From: Okeania sp.
GTDB lineage: Bacteria; Cyanobacteriota; Cyanobacteriia; Cyanobacteriales; Microcoleaceae
DNA: 32,000 nucleotides
Reading direction: 5' to 3'
NCBI RefSeq assembly: GCF_035285525.1
Contig: NZ_JAYKGW010000171.1
Location: 30,001 to 62,000, forward strand
Shown here: in pieces, positions 8,101 to 20,100 of the stretch
Numbering within the stretch: position 1 is the stretch's first letter
Layout of the letters: every line of letters starts with the position of its first letter
Made by a program: the position numbers and the translations under genes
The notes under the pieces: generated by a model
What the model was told of the DNA's origin: nothing
The model's input: only the letters and a program-made list of their open reading frames with translations
The model's database searches: none

Positions 8101-11100
8101 TGAATTACGATATCAACAGTACCGCCAAGCAAAATGAAGATTACTTCAACTCTCGCTATCGCAAAGTATCCACCGATGGCAACTCAGAACGAGATGGAAT
8201 TATTATTCCCCAGGGCGAAACTTCTGGTCGGATTTATATTGTAGCTAATCCCGATGCACTGGAAGAAACAGACGAAGAACTTACCATTACCTTAAAACCC
8301 CATAATTTTGATAATGAGGCGGGTAGTAGCAATACAAATACTAACTACCGAGTAGATTCAAATAACGAAACTCGTCTGGTCAAGATTATAGATAATGGTG
8401 CATATCAAGAAAAGGCGCTCTTCCTAGATAAATTCGATCGCCCCATCGACACTAATAATCCTTTATATGTCGATGGTAACGGCCAAGCTACAATTAAAGT
8501 TAAACTGGCTGGTTTATTTAGTGATGACAATGAGAAGGTTGCCGTTACTGTTAGTGGAAAACAAGTAAATTTCGATAATAGCAACTGGGATCGAGCGCAA
8601 ACTATTACCATAGATGATTTGACAACAAGTTCAACCCTAAGTTATAGCTACAGCAACAAAGATGGCAACCAAAGTGGCAGTATCCCAGTTACCGCTACCC
8701 CACCCCAACTGATACAAACAGAAGAAGGTAGCACAGCAGACCTAATTCCTGTTACCCCAGAAGTTAGCATCAACAAAGGACGAGATGTTCGCGAGGGAGA
8801 TAACCAACCAGGGGAATTTATTGTTAATTTGAACGCCCCAGCACCAGAAGGAGGGTTAGAGGTTAAATATACGGTAGAGGGTACTGCTACCACCAAAGAA
8901 GATTATGAAGAGCTACCTGATACTATTATAGTAGAGGCTGGAGAAACCCAGGTTATTTTACCTGTGGCAGCAGTAGATGACAATATTTTAGAAGACAAAG
9001 AAACAGTAGAAATTAGCCTGGTCCAGCCTCTGCCCACAGTTGGCGCAGAATTCCAAGTTAACACTTACACAAATAGTCATCAACTAAAACCAGTAGTAAC
9101 AGCATTATCCAACGGTGGCTTTGTTATTATTTGGCAGTCTTATAATCAGGATGGCTCTGACTACGGTATTTACGGTCAACGTTACGATGCTGATAGTAAC
9201 AAAGTTGGGAATGAATTCCAAGTTAATACTTACACCACAAATTGGCAAGAACGTCCAGCCGTAACAGCACTGCCAAATGGAGGCTTTGTTGTTACTTGGG
9301 ATTCTGTCGGTCAAGATGGCTCTGGCAACGGTATTTACGGTCAACGTTACGATGCTAACGGTAATAAAGCAGGGAATGAATTCCAAGTCAATACTCGCAC
9401 CATAAACGCGCAATGGAAACCAGCAGTAACAGCGCTGACAAATGGAGACTTTGTCGTTACTTGGAATTCTAGCGATCAAGATGGCTCTGGCACCGGTATT
9501 TACGGTCAACGTTACGATGCTGATGGTAATAAAGTAGGGAATGAATTCCTAGTTAATACTTACACCAAAAGCAGTCAAGAAAATTCAGCAGTAACAGCAC
9601 TGCCAAATGGAGGCTTTGTTGTTACTTGGCATTCTCGCGGTCAAGATGGCGATGGCACCGGTGTTTACGGTCAACGTTACGATGCTGATGGTAACAAAGT
9701 AGGGAATGAATTCCAAGTTAATACTTACACCACAAGCTGGCAAGATCATTCAGCAGTAACAGCACTGACAAATGGAGGCTTTGTCGTTACTTGGAATTCT
9801 AGCGATCAAGATGGAGATATAACAGGTGTTTACGGTCAACGTTACGATGCTGATGGTAATAAAGTAGGGAATGAATTCCAAGTTAATACTTACACCATAG
9901 GCAACCAACATAGTTCAGAAGTAACAGCACTGCCAAATGGAGGCTTTGTTGTTACTTGGAATTCTGGTGGAAATCAAGATGGCTCTGCCAGCGGTGTTTA
10001 CGGTCAGCGCTACAATGCTGATGGTAATAAAGTAGGGGATGAATTCCAAGTTAACACTTATACTAATAACGCTCAAAGAAACTCGGCAATAACAACATTA
10101 GCAAATGGTGACTTTATTGTTGCTTGGGAATCTCAGGGTCAAGATGGTTCCAACTACGGTATCTACAGTCAGCGCTATCAAAATGTATTCTATACCGTTA
10201 ATCCCGAATTCGATTCGGCAACTGTCGAAATAGCTGACAATGACAGTACCAACATCGAACTTGCTAATAAAGTAGAATCTACAGGTGAAGAAACCAGTAG
10301 CTACACCTCAACTTTTACTCCTGTCAACACCTCTGAAGACGGCACATCAGAGACAGTAGGCGTGCGCCTGCCCAGTCGCCCCAGTGCCGATGTCACCCTC
10401 AAATTATCCAACCCCGACACCACAGAAGGGGAAGTCACTCCTACTAACCTGACATTTACCACCAATAATTGGGATGAATATCAGGATGTCACTATTACTG
10501 GCAAACCAGACTCAGAAAATGATGGGGATGTAGAATACGAAATTGCTGTCACAGCAGAGAGCGACGATGTTAATTACAACGACAAAACTACCGTAATTCC
10601 CGTCACTAATACAGATGAGAACAGCAACATCGAACTGGCGAATAAAATTGAAGTAACAGACCCGGAAACAGGAGAGAAAAGCACTTCCTACACTGTATCA
10701 TTCAATGAAGTCACAACCTCCGAAGAGGGCACGTCGGAAACAGTAGGGGTACGCCTGCCCAAAGCCCCCAATGCCAATGTCACGGTAGAATTATCAGAGG
10801 TTGACACCACGGAAGGGGAAGTCACTCCTACTAACTTGACATTTACCCCCAATAATTGGGATGAATATCAGGATGTCACCATTACTGGTAAACCAGATCC
10901 GGAAAACGACAAAGATGAAAAGGATGTAAAATACAATATTTATTTCAAAGATACAAGCGACGAGCCTAAGTATGAAACAACAAAAATTACTGTCACCAAT
11001 ACTGATATAGACGGCACGGGAGAAACAGAAGCAGTTAAGAAACCAACCGCTAGCGTTAAAGTCATTGAGCAAATGACAGAAACCAAGGCGGGTAAAGTAG

Positions 11101-14100
11101 AAATTAGCCTCAGTGAACCAGTTCCTGAAGGGGAAACAGTAACAGTTCAGTTTAGTGCTTATGACGACAATACTGCTACAGAGGGAGAAGACTATAAACT
11201 CGGTAATAAGCTATTTATTAACTCTATAGCTGACGACAATAATAAAACTCAATTATTTGATAATCCCTTCGGCGAAGAAAGTCCCGGCAACTCTGCCAAA
11301 CCAGCTTTTGGAGATGTTGATGGTGATGGAGATACGGACGCAGTAGTAGGTACTGCAGATGGCACTATCAAATATTTTGAAAACCTTGGTATTGGTAATT
11401 TACAAGCCAGGAGTGGTGCTAATAATCCTTTCAATAATATCAAAGTCGGTAGCAATGCTGCTCCGGCTTTAAGCGATATTAATAACGACAGTAAATTAGA
11501 TTTAGTAGTAGGGGCAGGTGACGGGAATCTCAGTTACTTTGTGAATAAGAGCAATTCTACCAATACTCTTTTCCTCAGTGCGGATGCGATCGCCGATTTA
11601 ACTAATCCCTTCAGTAGCATTAAAGCTAATAATAACAGCGTACCTACCTTTGGAGACTTAAACGGCGATCGCTTACCAGATTTAGTATTGGGGGCAGGAA
11701 ATGGTTCTGTTACCTACTATTTCAATGAGGGGACGGCTACCAAACCAATCTTTAAATCTAATTCTGGCAATGAAATCACCAAGCTAGGCAATAACGCCAT
11801 GCCACAATTAATTGATTGGGATTTTGACAACGATTTAGATATCATTGCTATCAACAGTGAGGGCGAGATTAAGTATCTACAAAACAGTAACTCTAGCAGC
11901 CCGAATTTTACTGTGAAAAATGGTCAAATCTTACCTGGTATCACTATCGATCCTGGTAGCGCTTTGGCTTTAACAGATTTAGATGAGGATGGAGATACAG
12001 ACGCATTTATCGGTACGCCAAATGAAGGAATTGAGTACCTGGAACAATTCCAAGCAGTCACCTTTAAAGCTGGAGAAAAAACTAAAGAAGTTACGATTCA
12101 ACCTATCCAGGATCGAGTAGATGAGGGAGAGGGAGAAAGTTTCAAATTCACCCTAGAAAACGGTATTAATGAAAATAATAAGTATGAAGTGGATAGTAAG
12201 TCAAACCAAGTAGAATTAACTATTGGTGATGACGACAATGCTGGCGTGACTGTCACCCCCAAACAAACAGACACAACTACTTCAGAATCAGAAAAGGGCA
12301 AGACTCTAACTTATACTGTAAAACTTGATAGCAAACCAACAGATGTAGTTCAAGTTTATTTTGGTAGTAACGATGCTACAGAAGCTTTGTTAGGAACAAG
12401 CAAATCTAAAAAACTTGAGTTAGAAGTCGAGAATGGCAAGAATCCTAATAAATTCCCTGCTCGCCAAGGCGCAAGGTTCTTTGATGGTAATGGTGTCCGT
12501 CAAGCGACTACTGAGGAATTGAACGGGACGAATGTAGACAAGGTTGCATTCGATCTGATTTTTGGTAATAATAGTAATGGTGGCGAAGCTGCGGAGGATG
12601 GTGAGGACGTAATTCTGGAATATTCCACCAATGGCGGTAGTAGCTGGTCTGTAATTGCTCGTTACGATACAGAAGACTACGCAGAATGGACTACCATTGA
12701 GCAAGAAATTCCTCCAGAAGCACGAACTCCGAAAACTCAGTTACGTTGGCGACAAGTAAGCCATGATGGTAATGGTTATGATAACTGGGGACTAGCAAAG
12801 GTAGAAATCCCAATCGCTCAAAAAGCTGAGGTTATTCAACTAGAATTTACCCCCGATAACTGGGACAAACCTCAAGAGTTTTTTGTTAGTGGCGTTGACG
12901 ACGAGATTGACGATAATAATGTTCCCTACAAAATTATAACTACCGTTCAAAGTGAAGATCGTCAATATCGCGGTTTGGAAGTTGAACCAATTCAGTTAAC
13001 AAATAATGATGACGCAGATAATGCCCAACTGGAAATTACGAAAATTACTGATGGGGTAGCAGAAGGACGGGAAAATATTTACAAAGTTCAGCTCTCTACC
13101 AAACCGACAGGAGAAGTACGAGTAATTGCCGATCCTCAAAACGACCAAATTCGTCTCAATGATGAAAATTTTGGCGATCGCATGACCCTGACTTTCGACG
13201 AAACTAACTGGGATGTGGAACAAGTGGTTCGAGTCAGCGCCTTCGATGATAACATTGTAGAATTTATCCATGAAAGTCAGATTGAATTTGAAGTTGAGAG
13301 TGGGAAATACAAAGACTTTGAGTCGAAAGCGGTTAACGATAATTCTGAGGGGGCGATCGACTTAGGAGAAATCCAAGGAGGTTATACCTGGAAAAATTTG
13401 GGGGTAGCAGGAACAGACCGGGATTGGTTTAAGTTTACTCTCACTGACGCTGCTACTACCGAAGATTTTGTCCGACTTAATATTACTGAAGGTAACAAAG
13501 ACAACCTTGAGTTTAAAATTTACAAAGAAGACGACTTAGAAAACGCTGTTAAAACCAGCAGTAGTGAAGTCAAACTGGATGGTTTAGAAAGGGGCGAATA
13601 TTACCTAGAAATATTCAGTCCTGAAAAGTCAAAGATTGAATACGATTTAGTGATCGCTGACGAAGGTTATCAATACGAGACACTGGAAAATGATCTCAAA
13701 CCCCTAGATGTACAGATAGTAGACGACGATCTACCCACTGCCAAGATTATATCTGGTCCTACTGCTGCAGAATTATCTTCCGAACCTGGTTACTTTACTA
13801 TTAAGCTAGATGCTCCAGTGCCTAATAGAAATGGCTCCACGGGGATTAAAGTTAACTATGAAATTGTTGGTGGTACAGCTACGCTACAAGAGAATAAACA
13901 ACTGGGTGATTATAAAGTAACTAACAAAAATTCGTCCAAACAAGGTTCTGTTCGTATTGCTCCCGGAGAGGTGCAGAATAACGTCATTGTTGTGCCCATT
14001 GACGATAAGTTAGTGGAGGATTTGGATTTAGAGGTAACAAAAGTTACGAAAGGTGATACCAGCAATGGTAAAACCAAGCTCAATTTAGACGTTCAGATTC

Positions 14101-17100
14101 CCTTGACTGTTACGTTAACCAAAGAAGAAAATTTGCAGGAACCTAATGATACTTCTGATTCTGCTAGCATATTAACTGGTTCAGATAATTTGTCTTTTGA
14201 GAATCTCAGTATTTCTTCAAATGATAAAGACTGGTACAAATTCACTCTTTTGGAAACAGGTACCAGCAAGCACAATATAAAAATGACTCCATCAAGTAGT
14301 GGTGAAGGTTTAGGCGATTTAGATATCCGCTTATACAAAAAAGAGAATATTAATCAGGTTATTCGTTATAGTAATTTTAGTGGAAGGACAGTAGAGAATA
14401 TTAGTTTAGATGGTTTACCAGCAGGTGATTACTATATTGAAGTGTATGGATATAGTGGTAGTACCAACGATTATTCTCTGAGTGTAAATGCTCCTCTTAA
14501 AGCTGAAACCCCAGAAATATTTGCAGATAGTACATTAAAATTTTCTGATGACATATCAGGAAAAATATCTAGCGGTCAGAAATTTCAAGTCACGGATAGT
14601 CGTTTGACAGCTACCGTGGCAGTTGAAGTTAACGATGAAGATGCTGACAATATTCTCGTAGGTGCCAAGGCGAAAGTTGCTGGAGAAACAATCCAAGTCA
14701 AACTCCTAGAAGGAGAAGGCTATCAAATCAAAGCCGAAAACCCAGAAGAGACAGAAGCAACATTAGTCATTCAAGATGACGACACTCCTGGAGTGAGGAT
14801 CGTCCAAGTGGGAGAAAATACCACTGTTGCCGAAGAAAAAACAGCAACTTTTGCTGTTTCTCTCCTCAGCGAACCTAACGCACCTGTAACCCTAAAGTTA
14901 ACTCCTGGTGCCGAGATAGAATTTGTCGATCCTGTAGCACCCACAGAAGTTGAAGTAGAAAAAACTACCTACAATTTCGCTACATCGGAACCGAAGGTAG
15001 ATGACCAAACATTTGATATCAAGCTCAACAGTTTAGTCAACACAGACCGGGGCGATGCCGTAGCCTTTGACATCAAGCTCAAAGAGAAACCTAGTAAGAA
15101 TGTCACGGTAAAAATCTATGATGCCAACGATTTAGATCCCACCGATAAAAGTCGTCCCCTACAAGAAATTACTTTTACTGCTGATGAAACTGCGGTTGTC
15201 AATAAAGTTACTGGGGAGAAGAAGTCGGGCAACTGGAACGAACTGCGAAAAGTTAATCTATATGAGTTAGATCGAGATGCAAGTGGTAATTACAAGCTTG
15301 TTCTTGAAGTCAATGGTCAAAAACAAGAAATAGCAATTAACAGTAAAGTTGAGAAAGTTAAAAAAGAAACCACATCCATCACTATTCAGCCAGAAGATTG
15401 GTTCAAGCTCCAAACTGTAACCGTTGCTGGCAGTCAAGATTTGGTATCTGAACCTGGTATCTTCCACAACACTTCGATTCAGTATGAAGTTACCAGCAGC
15501 GATAATAATTACAACGAAATTTTCGTACCCAATCAAACCATAGAAGTAGTTGACCGAGTTCTCAATGCTAAAGAAACAGCCCAAGGTATGAAGGAAGGCT
15601 TAGGTTTACTACAAGATAGCATCGACGAATTGTCCCTGCCTTTAGTTGGTAAACTCAAGGGCAAAAATCCCAGTATTATCGGCGATCTGGGTAATGCCCT
15701 CGCTAAAGATACGGAATCTCAAACCCAACTTACTTCCGAAAAGTTGAAGGAAACCATCGAAAATGTTCTCGGCAAGTTAGGTTTAGAATTCTTCAACGTT
15801 ACTACCGAAATTAACGAACTAGAAACGATCGTCGGTATCAACTTAAGCAAACAACAAGAATACCGTCTACCCCTAGATGCTAATTTAGGGATACCCGCCC
15901 TGGGATTACAAACTGAAGGGGATCTACGGGCTGCTTTCAATTTCGATATGTCTTTAACCTTTGGCATCCACAAACAGTTTGGTTTCTACCTAGACACTGG
16001 TACTAAGAAAGATGAAAATGGCGATGAGATTAAGGATAAAGATGGCAAACCGATCTACAACACCTTTCTTGATACAGGCATCAAAGTTGATTTAAAAGAC
16101 TTCAAGGGTCGTGGCGGCTTAGGATTCTTGGCTTTAGAGTTCACCGACGATCCAGAAAACCCTACAGCTTTACAGGTTAGTTTTACAGCGACTCTAAATG
16201 ACGTTGATGATATCAAGAAGGACACTGATGAGACAAAGAAGCCCACTACTACTATCGTTCAAAAGAGTTTAATTACTGATAGTGGTTTAGTAATTGACGT
16301 TCCTGCATCTACTTCTCTAGAAAACGACGAAATTTTAGCAGAGAAGATTGCTACTGAAGAGGCAGCTATTGAGAATAAGATTGCTGATGCAGAAAAAGTA
16401 GATCAAGGATTAGGGACAGTTGAGGTAACTGAGTTAAGCAAAGATAAGTTATCAAAAGAAGTAGAAAAAGCTACTAGCAAAAAATCAGAGAACCCAGATA
16501 AACTGAAAAAATCAGAGGGCAAAACTGTAGGTGAGTCGGAACTTTCTGAGAGTGAGGAATTAGAAGAAACAATTTCTTCTGAAAAGTCTCAGAAACTCAA
16601 GAATAAACTGAAAAAATCAGAGGGCAAAACTGTAGGTGAGTCGGAACTTTCTGAGAGTGAGGAATTAGAAGAAACAATTTCTGCTGAAAAGTCTCAGAAA
16701 CTCAAGAATAAACCGAAAAAATCAGAGGGCAAAACTGTAGGTGAGTCGGAACTTTCTGAGAGTGAGGAATTAGAAGAAACTGTTTCTCGTAAAAAATCTC
16801 AGAATAAGAACAAAAAACAACAAAAAAATAATGATGATTCTAAGTTAGTTAGTGAGTCTGGAACGACTTCAGAAACTGAAGAAGAGGCAACTCAAGAATC
16901 TCAAACTAGCGATCGGCCTTTAATTCAACGTCGCAGCGGGACAACAACTTCAACAGAAACTTTAACTGGAAATGCCCTAACTAACCGTTTATCAGAATTG
17001 GGTATTAACGAACTCAGTGTTACATTACCAACTAATGTAACAGTTGAACTAACTACTGCAGATGGTAGTTATAAGCTTAGTATTGATAATTTTGACCTCA

Positions 17101-20100
17101 AAGCATTAGTTAAGGAAGTAACTACTATTCAGTTACCCATTGACTTAGAAATAACTGGCGCGGTATTAAACGTTACTCAAAGTACCAAAGATGGTAAGAA
17201 AGTTAATAGTTATGATATTCAGGGTAAATTCAATAATGCCGATGTTACATACAAAGACTTAGCCAATGGTGGATATGAACTAGGAATTAAAGAGTTTGAC
17301 TTGAAAGACTTTGTGGAAAAAGCTACCACCGTGACTTTGCCCATAGACTTAAAAATTGATGATGCCAAATTCAATATCACTAAAGATACAGATGGTAAAG
17401 CATCCTACGATATTACAGGTAAATTCAATAACGCCGATGTCAGTTATAAAGACTTAACAGATGGTGGTTATGAAGTCAAACTAGATAATTTTGATTTGCA
17501 GAAATTTGTCAAAGATACCACCAAAGTCGAGTTACCTATAGATGCCAAAGTAGATGATGCAGTAATTAAAATTACCAAAGTCACCAAAGGCGAGCAAGAG
17601 GTAAATAATTATGATATCAGCGGTAAGATAAATAACGCCGATGTCAGTTATAAAGACTTAACAGATGGTGGTTATGAAGTCAAATTTGATGACGAGTTAG
17701 ACCTGAGTGCTGTGGTGAAGGCAGCAGCTAACGATCCTAATTTACCAATTCCTTCCCTCAGCTTAAATAAACCTAGTCTGACTTACAGCAAGGATGACTC
17801 TGAGACAAAATATAGTTTCACCCTGGCAGATGAGTCATCAATTAGCTACACCAAAAAATCTAATAACGATTATGAGTTTATCGTAGATCATTTCCCCATT
17901 GGTAAATTAAGCGAATGGATTGACACTGATCTGGGCATCTCTGGTGCTAGTGAAGTCTTTAAAGGGAACCTTGATGTTGAAATCAGCCCCAATAAGAAAG
18001 AAATAGTTTTAGATGGCACTGTAGATTTTGGCAAGTTTATGAAACCGCTCATTAATTATGATGTTTCTTGGAAAGTTAATAAACCTACCTTAAGCTACAC
18101 AACTCTAGGGGGAGAAACTAAATACAGTTTCTCAGATACGAGCAAATCTATTAGCTACGCCAAAGATGCTAAAGGGCAAACTACTTTTAAGGTTGATAAC
18201 TTCCCAATAGGAGATATCGCTAATGTCGTTGCTAGCGGACTAGGATTAAGCAGTAGTAATTTACCAAAATGGATAGTTGATGCGACAATCAGTCCCACTG
18301 AGAAGAGTTTAAGTGTTGATGGCGAAATTGCTGTCAAAGACTTTGCAGACTTCGTAGGGTTAAATTTACCAGATGGATTAAATTTAAGTTTGAAAAACCC
18401 CAATCTTAGCGTCAAAGGGACAGATAAAAATAAGAGCTTCGATTTTTCAGGAACCGGGACACTGACTTTACCTAAAGACTCTTTTGATGATTTTACAGAA
18501 ATTGCCGATTTGTTACCAGGTATAGAGGCAACAGCTTCAGGGTTAGAGGTATCGGGAGATATTGCAGTTAGCAAATTAAGCTCTGGTGATATTGGATTGC
18601 AATTGGGAGTGCCAGTGCTAGGAGCTATCCGGTTAGAGCGCGAAAACGATAAATGGAAATTAGCAGCTATAGAGGATGGCGATCGCCTAACCATAGCAGA
18701 CTTAGGAGTAGTCGCCACCAACGACGAATACAGTTTTACAGATTTATTTAACTATGAATTTAAGGGTGATGCCAATCTGGGATTAAAAACCAAGACGAGC
18801 ATAGAAGGTAACTCAGCTTTCCCTTCTTTTAATGTTGATATCGCTGCCGATCTACCTTTATTTAACTATGGCAGTCAGGAAGAAGCAGATGATCGAGGTT
18901 TCGATATTGCCTTCAATAATCTCGAAATCGACCTCGGCACCTTCTTGAGCGACCTTGCTAAACCTGTAGTCGTTGAAGTTGACAGAATTATCGATCCGAT
19001 TAAGCCAGTTATTAAAGCTCTACAAGCTGATACTAAGTTACTGTCCAAATTAAAGTTAGAAAGCAAGTTTGATAAAGATGGAAAACCAGGTGTATCTATA
19101 TTAGAGATTGCGGAAACACTACTTCCTGAAAACAAAAAAATACAAACAGCAATTACATTTGCCAAGACTGTCAGCGGAATAGTTGATACAGTTGATGCTT
19201 TAAATAAGCAGGAAGGCAATAAAAGAATTCCTTTAGGAAGCTACAATCTAGATGATTTTAAAGCTGCAAGTCAGGATGATGCTGATGATGCCAGCAAGAA
19301 GAGTGACTCCATTAAGTTAGATACAGATGATAAATCGAAAGACACATCCGAGGATAAATCGAAAGATAAATCTACACCAGAAGAACAAGCAAAAGAAAAT
19401 GAGGCTTATAAGTCATTTAGTTCTTTAGAAGGAATTTCTATTCCTTTGATTGAGAAACCTATCAATGCAGCTTACTTGCTTTTAGGAAAAAATGTGGATT
19501 TGATTAAGTATGATATTCCCGATCTTGAATTTGGTTTTGAACTCAGCCAAAGTTTCCCCTTTTGGACTCCGCCTCTAATTTCCGGCAAATTAGGAGGAGG
19601 TATTACGGCGAAAACAGACCTAGCCATTGGTTTTGATACTTACGGTGTTAATCAATGGTGGAAAAAATATAATTTCGATCCTGCTAAAGCTTATTTAGTA
19701 TTTGATGGTTTCTACTTAGACGACTTTGACAAAGACGGCAAGGATAAGCCGGAGTTCAGTTTGGACGGTGACATTAGTGCAGGCGTGAATGTCAGCATAT
19801 TAGCCGCCTCTGCTGAAGTAAAAGGTGGTGTTGATGGCAATGTTAGTTTTGATGTCGAAGATGTGGGCGAGAAAACTGGTAAAAACGATGGTAAAATCCG
19901 AGGTTCGGAAATTCTTTCTCGAATTAACGACCCATTATCCTTATTTGAGCTTTACGGTAAGATCGATGCTTACCTCAAAGGAGAAGCTAAAGTTTTTGGT
20001 TTGGGAACAGTTTGGGAGAAAGAATTTGCTCGTTTCAACTTAGCAGAATTCCGTATCGACAAATCAGGTGCTAGTGCTTCCGCTATTGGTGGCAAATATT

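Noticed and set aside
9048-10196. Whether the regularly spaced repeats (also 16500-16814 and 21723-21848) could be a CRISPR array.
   Set aside because: The repeats are directly adjacent with no unique spacers. Their periods (165, 105 and 27 nt) are multiples of three. They translate in frame into protein repeats inside a long ORF. No cas genes are present.
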